Source: an uncultured Candidatus Rokubacteria bacterium
GTDB taxonomy: Bacteria > Methylomirabilota > Methylomirabilia > Rokubacteriales > CSP1-6
Direction of reading: 5' to 3'
DNA: 64,000 bases
NCBI GenBank assembly: GCA_963754315.1
Contig: CAVWFS010000018.1
Coordinates: 384,001 to 448,000, forward strand
The first letter of the stretch is position 1; each line of letters opens with the position of its first letter. Of the stretch, positions 17,526 through 26,639 are shown in pieces. Under the pieces are notes generated by a model, which saw only the letters and a program-made list of their open reading frames with translations, searched no databases and was not told where the DNA came from. The translations under genes and the position numbers were made by a program.

Positions 17526-17999
17526 CTGACCCGACGCTCGATCCTCAACGGGTTAGGAGTCCTGGGGGCGGCCGTGGCCACTGGCGCCTTCGGGGGGCCT
17601 TCAACGGCAGTGGCGCAGGCCCTCGGAGCACAGGAGCCGGTCGAGGCTGCCCTGAAGCGATTTTTCGGGACACGACCGCTGAAGGACGGCAGTGGGCTAG
17701 TCAAGCTCGAGATCCCCCTCATCGCCGAGAACGGGGCGGTCGTCCCGGTATCCGTCGAGGTCAGTTCCCCCATGACACCCAATGACCACGTGAAGCACAT
17801 CTACATCGTGGCGGACAAGAATCGGATCCCGATTGTCTCGCGGGTGACGTTGACCCCGGCCGCTGGGCAGGCGTACGTGGCCGAGAACATCCGGCTGGGC
17901 GAGACCGGTGATGTGCGCGCCATCGTGGAGCAGAGTGACGGGACACTGCTCCAGGTCAAGCGCGCAGTCAGGGTTACCGTGAGCGGCTGCGCCGCCTAG
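17526..17999 (+). CDS. soxY: SoxY-like sulfur-carrier protein with Tat signal
   Basis: TRRSIL twin-arginine leader; PLIAENGAVVPV, C-terminal VRVTVSGCAA swinging-arm Cys. Start uncertain (CTG 17526 or ATG 17424). Confidence 0.8.
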   Translation: MTRRSILNGLGVLGAAVATGAFGGPSTAVAQALGAQEPVEAALKRFFGTRPLKDGSGLVKLEIPLIAENGAVVPVSVEVSSPMTPNDHVKHIYIVADKNRIPIVSRVTLTPAAGQAYVAENIRLGETGDVRAIVEQSDGTLLQVKRAVRVTVSGCAA

Positions 18000-18013
18000 G
18001 GCACGAGGAGGCC

Positions 18014-18346
18014 ATGTCAGACGTCGGCAAGGTCCGCCTGCGCGTTCCCTCGGCCATCAAACAGGGAGAGGTGGTGCGGGTCCGGGCTCTCATCATCCAC
18101 CCCATGGAGCGGGTAGAGGTCGACAAGCAGGGCAAGGCGATCAACAGGAATTACAATTACATCAACAAGATGGTGGTGACGTATCTGGGCAAGACGATCG
18201 CTACCGCCGAGACCAGCCAGAGTATCAGCGAGAATCCCTTCTTCACGTTCGCCTTTCGCGCGACCGATCCCGGCCTACTCAAGGTGACGTTCACAGACAC
18301 CCACGGCGGCAAGTACGAGGGCACGGCCGACATCACGTTCTCCTGA
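18014..18346 (+). CDS. soxZ: SoxZ-like protein
   Basis: VRVRALIIHPME...SISENPFFTFAF...VTFTDTHG; adjacent to soxY; GAGGAGG RBS. Confidence 0.85.
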   Translation: MSDVGKVRLRVPSAIKQGEVVRVRALIIHPMERVEVDKQGKAINRNYNYINKMVVTYLGKTIATAETSQSISENPFFTFAFRATDPGLLKVTFTDTHGGKYEGTADITFS

Positions 18347-18361
18347 GGAGACGGAGAGTCA

Positions 18362-18901
18362 GTGAGACGCGCGTGGGTAGGAGTGTTGGTCTTGGCGGTG
18401 TTGGTTCAACCCCTGATGGCCGCCGCCCGGACCCCGCTCGACACGCTTCTCGGGGATCTCCGCATCGTCCCCCTGGAACCGACCATGGCTCCGGCCTTCT
18501 CAGGACGAGACCTGGCCGGAGCGTCCATCACGCTGGCCCAGTTTCGGGGCCGCCCAATACTGCTCTATTTCTGGGCCACCTGGTGAACGTACTGCGCGAG
18601 GGAGTTGCCCTCGACCATCGAGGAAGTCCAGCGCGCCTACTCTGGCCGCGGACTGGTCGTCCTCGCCGTCAACATCGCGGAGAGTGAGCAGAAGGTGCGA
18701 GCCTGGGTGACTGAGCGCAAGCTGACCATGCGCGTTGTTCTCGACCCTCCAGGCGTGATCTCGCGCGCCTACCAGGTGACCGCCACCCCGACGGTCTACA
18801 TCGTCGACCGCGACGGAAAGCTCGTCGGCAGGGCCCTCGGGAGCAAGCCGTGGATGGGCGAGAAGGGACGAGCCCTTCTCCAGGCGCTGCTCGGCCCGTG
18901 A
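18362..18901 (+). CDS. TlpA/ResA-like periplasmic redoxin with in-frame UGA (predicted selenocysteine, UxxC)
   Basis: Track ORFs 18362-18586 and 18605-18901 are one frame: ...LLYFWATW-TGA-TYCARELP...VLAVN...ATPTVYIVDRDG; the TGA sits at the first Cys of the WCxxC motif. Confidence 0.82.
18597..18613 (+). promoter_or_regulatory. Candidate bacterial SECIS hairpin
   Basis: CGAGGG-AGTTG-CCCTCG: perfect 6-bp stem with a G-containing loop, separated by 10 nt from the UGA at 18584-18586. Confidence 0.6.
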
Positions 18902-20628
18902 TCGACGTCCTCGACACCGACGTCCTCGTTCTCGGCGCGGGTGGGGCGGGCCTCTGTGCCGCCCTGCACGCTAGCGATGCCAGCACGGCCCTGCGAGTCA
19001 TGGTCGTCGCCAAGGGCCTCCTGGGACGTGCTGGCTGCACGCGGATGGTCCAGGGTGGCTATAACGCCGTGCTGGCCGAGCCCGACTCGCTGGCGGCTCA
19101 CCTGCTCGACACGCTCAACGGAGGGGGCTGGATCAACGATCAAGAACTGGTGTGGACCTTGGTCACGGCCGCGCCCGCCCGGCTCCTCGAGCTGGAATCG
19201 CGTTACGGCTGCTTTTTCGATCGCACACGCGAGGGTCGCATTCATCAGAAGCCGTTCGCCGGCCAGACGCACGACCGGACCATCCACAAGGGGGACCTGA
19301 CCGGCATCGAGATCATGAACCGCCTGACCGAACAGATTCTGAGGCGCGAGCGAATCCGGACGTGGGAGGAGTGTCGGGCGGTCGAGTTGCTCCGTGACGA
19401 TCACGGGCGGGCGGCCGGGGCTCTTCTTCTCGATATCCGCTCCGGCGACTTCATGGCCGTGCGAGCCCGCGCCACCCTGCTGGCCATGGGCGGCGGGCCC
19501 ACGATGTACAAGATCGTCGCCTGCTCGGCCGACAAGTCCGCTGACGGCATCGCGCTCGCCTACCGAGCTGGTCTCTCCCTGCGCGACATGGAGATGGTGC
19601 AGTTCCATCCCACCGGGCTCATCGTACCGGGATCCCTCATGACGGGCGCACTCCTCGAAGAGGGGCTGCGTGGGGCGGGAGGCCAACTCCGCAATGGCCG
19701 GGGCGAGCGCTTCATGGAACGCTACGACCCCCTCCGGCTGGAACGGTCGACGCGTGACCTCGTGTCGCGCGCGGCCTTCCTCGAGGTGGTCGAGGGGCGC
19801 GGGACGCCGAACGACGGAGTGTGGCTCGACGTCTCGCACCTGGGCGCCGAGGTTGTCGAGCGAAATTTTCGAGGTATGGTCAAGCGCTGCCGTGACTTCG
19901 GTCGCGATCTCGCGCGCGAGAGGGTGGAGGTGGGACCGACCACCCACTTCATGATGGGCGGCGTGGTCATCGATGCGGACTGCCGGACCGAGGTGGACGG
20001 CCTTTTTGCGGCGGGCGAGGACGCGGGTGGGGTACACGGGGCCAACCGACTGGGCGGTAACGGTGTCGCCGAGTCGACCGTCTTCGGCGGTATCGCGGGC
20101 GATGTGATGGCGTCGTTCGTGGAAGGCCGTCGGCACTCCGCGCTTTCGGTCGCGCGCCTGGAGGACGCGGCGCGGCGGGTCCAGGCGCCCTTAGGACGAG
20201 CCTCACGCCGCGACTTGTATGCGCTCCAGCGGAGCCTCCGGGAGAGCATGTGGGACAAGGTCGGTCTCGTGCGGGACGCGGAAGGACTTCGGCGTGCCCT
20301 CGCCGACATCGATGGTCTCGACGAGGCTCTGGGCGAGGTCGGCGTGACGGGCGGCCCGGCCTTCAACACGGCGTGGCAGGACTGGCTCAACCTGACCAAC
20401 CAGCTCACGACAGCCCGCGTGATTGCCGAGAGCGCCCTCGCGCGCCGTGAGAGCCGCGGGGCTCACTATCGACGTGATTATCCAGAACGGATTTCTGGAC
20501 CGCCCTACGCGGTCTACGTGCGCCAGGCGGGAGCGGGGCCGACCGTGTGGGAGGCGGCGGTTGCCTTCACCCGAGCGATGCCGCCGGCGCCGAGCGCCAC
20601 CTCGATCGCCGTCGAGATCGGCGACTGA
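18898..20628 (+). CDS. SdhA/FrdA/TfrA-family flavoprotein lacking the covalent-FAD His
   Basis: GAGGAG, GRAGCTRMVQGG, QFHPTG, EGLRGAGG, STRDLVSR, HFMMGGV, HGANRLGGNG, RESRGAH; GTGA overlap with the redoxin stop. Confidence 0.9.
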   Translation: MIDVLDTDVLVLGAGGAGLCAALHASDASTALRVMVVAKGLLGRAGCTRMVQGGYNAVLAEPDSLAAHLLDTLNGGGWINDQELVWTLVTAAPARLLELESRYGCFFDRTREGRIHQKPFAGQTHDRTIHKGDLTGIEIMNRLTEQILRRERIRTWEECRAVELLRDDHGRAAGALLLDIRSGDFMAVRARATLLAMGGGPTMYKIVACSADKSADGIALAYRAGLSLRDMEMVQFHPTGLIVPGSLMTGALLEEGLRGAGGQLRNGRGERFMERYDPLRLERSTRDLVSRAAFLEVVEGRGTPNDGVWLDVSHLGAEVVERNFRGMVKRCRDFGRDLARERVEVGPTTHFMMGGVVIDADCRTEVDGLFAAGEDAGGVHGANRLGGNGVAESTVFGGIAGDVMASFVEGRRHSALSVARLEDAARRVQAPLGRASRRDLYALQRSLRESMWDKVGLVRDAEGLRRALADIDGLDEALGEVGVTGGPAFNTAWQDWLNLTNQLTTARVIAESALARRESRGAHYRRDYPERISGPPYAVYVRQAGAGPTVWEAAVAFTRAMPPAPSATSIAVEIGD

Positions 20629-20633
20629 TCCCG

Positions 20634-20960
20634 ATGAGGGTGGAATCGAAGGTCCTCAAACGCGAATGGACGACTCGCGAAGGCTGGCGCGACACCAAGC
20701 TCGGGATGTGGGCCTGGCTCATCCAGCGGGGGGCAGCCGTCGGGTTGCTCGTCGTCATCACCCTCCATCTCGCGAACCCATTCCGACGCCCGGTGCAGGC
20801 GGCCCTCCTCGCTTTAGCCCTGCTGCATGCGCTCCTCGGTGTGCGCTCGCTGCTGCTCGAGTGTGGGCTGTCGCCACGCTGGCACCGTCCGCTCTTCGCG
20901 CTGGCCCTCGGGCTCGCCGGCATATTCTTCGTGGCGTTCTGGACGTGGCGCTGGTACTGA
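20634..20960 (+). CDS. Small SdhC/FrdC-like cytochrome b membrane anchor
   Basis: 108 aa, three hydrophobic segments, WAWLIQR...LHL and LLHALLGVRSLL His motifs; 5 nt after the flavoprotein. Confidence 0.7.
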   Translation: MRVESKVLKREWTTREGWRDTKLGMWAWLIQRGAAVGLLVVITLHLANPFRRPVQAALLALALLHALLGVRSLLLECGLSPRWHRPLFALALGLAGIFFVAFWTWRWY

Positions 20961-20992
20961 GCGGCGGCTGGTCGTATCCTCTTTAGGTTCTC

Positions 20993-21880
20993 ATGAGTGA
21001 CTCTTCGATCGCCGCCGCCCACCGCTACCCGCGTCATCGCGCCAACGTTGTCGATACAGAGATGGCCTATGTCGACACGGGGACGGGCGACCCCGTCGTG
21101 TTTCTGCACGGGAATCCGACCTCGTCGTACCTGTGGCGTAACATCATCCCGCACGTAGAGCCGCTGGGAAGGTGCCTCGCCCCCGACCTCGTGGGGATGG
21201 GAGAGTCCCATCGTGCGCCGAGCGACTCCTATCGCTTCATCGATCATGCCCGCTACCTGGATGCATGGTTCGACAACCTCGGGCTTACGCGACGGGTAAC
21301 CCTGGTTGCGCACGACTGGGGTTCGGCCCTCGCCTTTCACTGGGCCAAGCGCTTTCCCGACCGCGTGCGGGCCCTCGTGTACATGGAGGCGATCGTGCGC
21401 CCGATGGCCTGGGAGGAGTGGCCAGAAGCGGCCAGGTCCATTTTCCAGACCATGCGGTCGCCAGCGGGCGAGGAGGTCGTGCTCAGGAAGAACGTGTTCG
21501 TCGAGCGCATTCTGCCGGCCAGCGTTCTCCGTCGCCTGACCGACGAGGAGATGTCCGTCTATCGGCGTCCCTACCTTGAGCCTGGCGAAACCCGCCGGCC
21601 CACCCTGACATGGCCACGCGAGATTCCGATCGGCGGGGAGCCCGCCGATGTGGTCGCCATCGCGAGCGACTACGGGACGTTCCTGACGGCGAGCCCGTTG
21701 CCGAAGCTCTTCATCAACGCAGATCCCGGCTCGATCCTCGTGGGGGCTCAGCGCGAGTTTTGCCGGCGCTGGCCAAATCAACACGAGGTGACGGTGAAGG
21801 GCGCACACTTCATCCAGGAGGATTCGCCCAGAGAGATTGGCATGGCCATCGCCGCGTTCTTGCGCCGGCTGCCCCGGTGA
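20993..21880 (+). CDS. Haloalkane dehalogenase (DhaA/LinB-like alpha/beta hydrolase)
   Basis: HGNPTSSYLWRN, nucleophile HDWG, MEAIV, TWPREIP, catalytic His in AHFIQED. Confidence 0.92.
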   Translation: MSDSSIAAAHRYPRHRANVVDTEMAYVDTGTGDPVVFLHGNPTSSYLWRNIIPHVEPLGRCLAPDLVGMGESHRAPSDSYRFIDHARYLDAWFDNLGLTRRVTLVAHDWGSALAFHWAKRFPDRVRALVYMEAIVRPMAWEEWPEAARSIFQTMRSPAGEEVVLRKNVFVERILPASVLRRLTDEEMSVYRRPYLEPGETRRPTLTWPREIPIGGEPADVVAIASDYGTFLTASPLPKLFINADPGSILVGAQREFCRRWPNQHEVTVKGAHFIQEDSPREIGMAIAAFLRRLPR

Positions 21881-22267
21881 GGTTACGGGCTTCGCGGATG
21901 GGGTGGCTTATCGTCGGTCTGAGCGTGCTGATGGCGGTGCTGGCACCGCCCGTGCCCGCCCAGGAAGGGCAGGTATACGGCGCTGATCAGTTCTTCCAGC
22001 TCATCTGGGAGCCCGTGGAAGATGGGGGCCGGCTTCTCGGTCGGGGGGTACGTCATCAACAACTACGGCCTGGAGGCGATCAATGTCCGGCTCATGGTGG
22101 AGAGCCTTGATGTCCACGGCCGGGTTGTCGCCAAGACCATCGGCTACGTGAACTATCCGATCCCTCCCTCGGCGCGAGGCTTCTTCGAGATCTTTCCGCC
22201 TGACAAGTCTTCGAGCTTCCGGGTGTACGTGCTGTCATGGGACTGGCGGCGAAGCCCATCCGGCTGA
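21877..22267 (+). pseudogene. Small secreted beta-sandwich (FxLYD-like) protein with a frameshift near 22035-22045
   Basis: Signal peptide and ...QFFQLIWE in one frame continue as VGGYVINNYG...VESLDVHGRVV...PPSARGFFE in the +1 frame; overlaps both neighbours. Confidence 0.6.
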
Positions 22268-22992
22268 TGCGTGTTCTCCGCTGGGCACCCGGCGAGGCCG
22301 AGCGTCAGCAGGTGTACTCGATCGCGACGGGACCGGACACGACGGTCCTCGACGCCCTGGTCGACATCCAGCGCGGGCAGGACCATACCCTGGCCTTTCG
22401 CTACGCCTGCCGCGTAGGGATGTGTGGGTCCTGTGCCATGGTCGTCAATGGACGGGAACGGTGGGCATGTCGGACGCGCCTGACGGCGCTCGACGCCGAC
22501 GTCATCGATGTGCGGCCCCTCTATCACTTGCCGATCCTGCGAGACCTCGTGGTGGACATGGCGCCGTTCCATGAGAAGCTCCGCTCGGTCGGGGCCGCGT
22601 TCGTGCCGGAGGCGGACGCGCCGGAGTACGCGATCGTCTCGGGTGAGTCGGCCGAGCGGCGAGAGATCGACGAGGCCATCGAATGCATTGGCTGCGGTAT
22701 GTGCGTCTCCGCCTGCACCATGGTCGCCCATGCGCCGCGATTCCCGGGCCCGGCCGCTCTCAACCGGACCTTCACTCTCCAGCGCGATCGACGGGACGCG
22801 GCTGAGTCCGTGTCCTGGTCCATCCTCCTCTCTGACGACGCGCTCGTCCGATGCCACGGCCAGGGCAACTGCACGGCAGTTTGTCCCATGGAACTTTCAC
22901 CAGAGAGATCGATTGCGCACCTCAAGCGCCTCGGAGTGCGCAGGCTTTTTGGCCAGCGGCGAGATCGGCCGGTGGTGGGACCGGTCGCTTGA
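22267..22992 (+). CDS. SdhB/FrdB-like iron-sulfur subunit
   Basis: CRVGMCGSC (2Fe-2S), CIGCGMCVSAC, CHGQGNCTAVCP; RDLVVD. Confidence 0.9.
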   Translation: MRVLRWAPGEAERQQVYSIATGPDTTVLDALVDIQRGQDHTLAFRYACRVGMCGSCAMVVNGRERWACRTRLTALDADVIDVRPLYHLPILRDLVVDMAPFHEKLRSVGAAFVPEADAPEYAIVSGESAERREIDEAIECIGCGMCVSACTMVAHAPRFPGPAALNRTFTLQRDRRDAAESVSWSILLSDDALVRCHGQGNCTAVCPMELSPERSIAHLKRLGVRRLFGQRRDRPVVGPVA

Positions 22993-23017
22993 CGCCGCGC
23001 ACGTCGGACGCTAGAGT
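22989..23017 (+). promoter_or_regulatory. Sigma70-like promoter upstream of the TCA operon
   Basis: TTGACG - 17 nt - TAGAGT. Confidence 0.5.
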
Positions 23018-23031
23018 CTGGCTGCATCCAT

Positions 23032-23057
23032 ACCGCCTCCCCGATCCGGGAGGCGGT
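23032..23057. other. GC-rich hairpin
   Basis: ACCGCCTCCC-cgatcc-GGGAGGCGGT perfect 10-bp stem with no U-tract. Confidence 0.6.
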
Positions 23058-23273
23058 CGTGTGTCAGCATCCCTTTGTCACCCGGCGAGGTCAGCAATGG
23101 GGGGTAGTTTGGGCGTCTCGTTCAGGGTACGTGTCCCGCCGGCCCGCGACCTGGTGGTGGGGGTGAGGCCATCCATGTACCATAAGGTGTGGAGCCGTTA
23201 GCGACATGTTGAGAGCATTCGCGCCGATCTCTCGAGGACCCGCCACTCTGATGCGACCGAGACAGGAGGCCAG

Positions 23274-23321
23274 TGCTCGCAGTTCGGCACCGCCATCGTC
23301 GAGAACATGGCGACGCTGTAG
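23274..23321 (+). pseudogene. icd: 3' remnant of isocitrate dehydrogenase
   Basis: CSQFGTAIVENMATL* matches the Icd C-terminus (E. coli ...CSEFGDAIIENM); no Icd-like sequence upstream; lies directly before mdh. Confidence 0.65.
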
Positions 23322-24296
<975 letters not shown>

Positions 24297-24374
24297 GGAC
24301 GAGCACGTCCCATGGTCGACTGGGCGAGCGGGAGAAGCGGGAGGCCACAATGAGCCAGGATAGCGAAGTAGGGC

Positions 24375-25217
24375 ATGCGTGAGCTCCACGTAAGCGCCAT
24401 CACCGATGCCGTCAAGAAGCTCTGCATGGAGGCCAATACCGTTCTCGAGCCGGACATGCTCCGCGCGTTCGATCGGGCTCTCGGCACGGAGCGCTCGCCA
24501 GCTGGACGGCAGGTGCTCCAGATCCTCAAGGACAACGCAGAGCTGGCCCGGACCAGGCGCATTCCCTACTGCCAGGACACGGGCATGGTGGTCATGTTCG
24601 TGGAGCTGGGTCAGGACGTGCACGTGACGGGCGGCTCCTTCGGCGACGCGCTGAACGAGGGTGTACGCCAGGGCTACACCGAAGGCTATCTGCGTGCCTC
24701 GATCGTACGCTCGCCCTTCGACCGCGTGAATACCGGCGACAACACGCCCGCGGTGATCCACGTCGACGTCGTCCCAGGCTCGCTGCTCAGGATCATGGTC
24801 ATGGCCAAGGGTGGGGGGTGCGAGAATCGCTCGAAATACAAGATGCTCACTCCGGCCGAGGGGATCGCTGGGGTGAAGGACTGGATCCTTGAATGCGTGC
24901 GCACTGCGGGTCCCGATGCCTGCCCACCACTCATCTTGGGGGTTGGGGTCGGCGGTACCTTCGAGAAAGCGGCCATCCTCAGCAAGAGGGCGCTGTTCCG
25001 GGAGCTGGGCACGCCGAATCCGGATCCGGCCGTCGACACGCTGGAGCGTGAGGTGCTCGACCGGGCAAACCGTCTTGGGATTGGACCTCAGGGCTACGGG
25101 GGCGACACGACCGCCTTCGGGATCCACATCCTGACCTATCCGTGCCACATCACCTCGCTCCCAGTCGCAGTGACCATCGAGTGCCACGCCCACCGGCACA
25201 AGGAGGTCACCCTGTGA
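24375..25217 (+). CDS. Class I fumarate hydratase / Fe-S hydro-lyase alpha subunit
   Basis: CQDTG, GYLRASIV, KGGGCEN, ACPP, GIGPQGYGG, CHAHRH. Confidence 0.92.
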   Translation: MRELHVSAITDAVKKLCMEANTVLEPDMLRAFDRALGTERSPAGRQVLQILKDNAELARTRRIPYCQDTGMVVMFVELGQDVHVTGGSFGDALNEGVRQGYTEGYLRASIVRSPFDRVNTGDNTPAVIHVDVVPGSLLRIMVMAKGGGCENRSKYKMLTPAEGIAGVKDWILECVRTAGPDACPPLILGVGVGGTFEKAAILSKRALFRELGTPNPDPAVDTLEREVLDRANRLGIGPQGYGGDTTAFGIHILTYPCHITSLPVAVTIECHAHRHKEVTL

Positions 25218-25263
25218 GACCCAGCTCTCGAGTCGGCGAGGTGGTCAGCCTGTGAGTGTGAGC

Positions 25264-25833
25264 ATGGCCGCGGACGGGATCAAAGAGGTCAGGCCGCCCC
25301 TGAGCGACGCTGACGTGACGGTGCTCCGCGCCGGCGATCGTGTCCGTATCAGCGGTGTCATGTACACGGGACGGGATGCCGCACACGGACGGCTGCTTCC
25401 GCTGATCGAGGAGGGAAAACCGCTTCCCATCGACGTGCGCGGGCAGATCATCTACTACACGGGCCCGTCACCCGCCCGTCCCGGAGACGTGGTGGGATCC
25501 ATCGGACCCACGACGGCTGGGCGGATGGACACGTACACCCCCGCCCTCCTTCAGCTGGGTCTCAAAGGGACGCTCGGTAAAGGGGCGCGGGGAGCGGCGG
25601 TCAAGGACGCGTTGCGCAAGCACAAGGCGGTTTACTTCGGCGCGATCGGGGGGGCGGGCGCGGTTTTGTCCCAATTCGTGAAGAAGCTTGAGATCGTTGC
25701 TTACGAGGATCTGGGCACGGAGGCAATCCGTCGCCTCGAGGTCGAGAACTTCCCGGCCATCGTGATCAACGACTGCCATGGAGGGGATCTTTACCAGGAC
25801 GGGATGAAGCAATACGCACGGGAGACATCATGA
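25264..25833 (+). CDS. Class I fumarate hydratase / Fe-S hydro-lyase beta subunit
   Basis: TGRDAAH, YYTGP, GPTTAGRMD, GKG, DLGTEAI. Confidence 0.92.
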   Translation: MAADGIKEVRPPLSDADVTVLRAGDRVRISGVMYTGRDAAHGRLLPLIEEGKPLPIDVRGQIIYYTGPSPARPGDVVGSIGPTTAGRMDTYTPALLQLGLKGTLGKGARGAAVKDALRKHKAVYFGAIGGAGAVLSQFVKKLEIVAYEDLGTEAIRRLEVENFPAIVINDCHGGDLYQDGMKQYARETS

Positions 25834-26639
25834 ACGGACGCGCGGTCGGGGCAGCGCGGGCCCCCATCGCGGCCCCGCATCTTCGCCGGGACGCTTGGTG
25901 GGCCCTGCCAGTCACCGTGGTCATCGTGCTGGGGTCGTTCATCATCTATTCGACGTGGGCGGCCCTGCACAACGCCCATTACTACGTGGCGCCCTACCTG
26001 TCGCCCTTCTACTCCCCGTGCCTGACGAAGTCGTGCTTGCACCCGACCTTCGGTGGGGGATTGCCGGACATCGCGGTGCCCATCATTGGGATCGTCTCGC
26101 CTGCCTTCCTGATCCTGTGGGGTCCTGGTCTCTTCCGGCTGACCTGTTACTACTATCGCAAGGCCTACTACCGCTCGTTCTGGCTGGCACCGGCGGCCTG
26201 TGCGGTGCGCGATGTGAAGAGCGGCTACACGGGCGAGACGCGCTTTCCCTTGGTGCTCCAGAGCCTTCACCGCTACGCGTGGTATGTGGCCGTGATCTTC
26301 ATCATCCTTTTGACCTGGGATGCCATCCTGGCCTTTCGCTTTCCTCTTCCCGGGGGCGGTCATCAGTTCGGCATCGGGGTAGGCACCATCGTCATGTGGA
26401 TCAACGTGCTCTTGCTCGCCGGCTATACCTTCTCCTGCCATTCGTGTCGGCACGTGTGCGGGGGGTACCTCAACAGCTTCTCGCGAGCACCCATCCGCTA
26501 CAAGCTCTGGCACGTGGTCTCCCGGCTCAACGAGAAGCATCCCGTCTACGCGTGGCTTTCCCTGTTCAGTGTCGGCTTGACGGACCTCTACATCCGGCTG
26601 GTCTCCATGGGCGTCATCCATGACGCGAGGATCCTGTGA
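25830..26639 (+). CDS. Sdh1-type (mycobacterial Rv0249c-like) succinate dehydrogenase membrane anchor
   Basis: Multi-TM; YLSPFYSP, FRLTCYYYRKAYYRSF, LHRY, SCHSCRH, LNEKH motifs. Confidence 0.85.
   Translation: MNGRAVGAARAPIAAPHLRRDAWWALPVTVVIVLGSFIIYSTWAALHNAHYYVAPYLSPFYSPCLTKSCLHPTFGGGLPDIAVPIIGIVSPAFLILWGPGLFRLTCYYYRKAYYRSFWLAPAACAVRDVKSGYTGETRFPLVLQSLHRYAWYVAVIFIILLTWDAILAFRFPLPGGGHQFGIGVGTIVMWINVLLLAGYTFSCHSCRHVCGGYLNSFSRAPIRYKLWHVVSRLNEKHPVYAWLSLFSVGLTDLYIRLVSMGVIHDARIL

Noticed and set aside
17526..18346. Calling a complete Sox thiosulfate-oxidation pathway
   Set aside because: No soxA, soxX, soxB, soxC or soxD in the window
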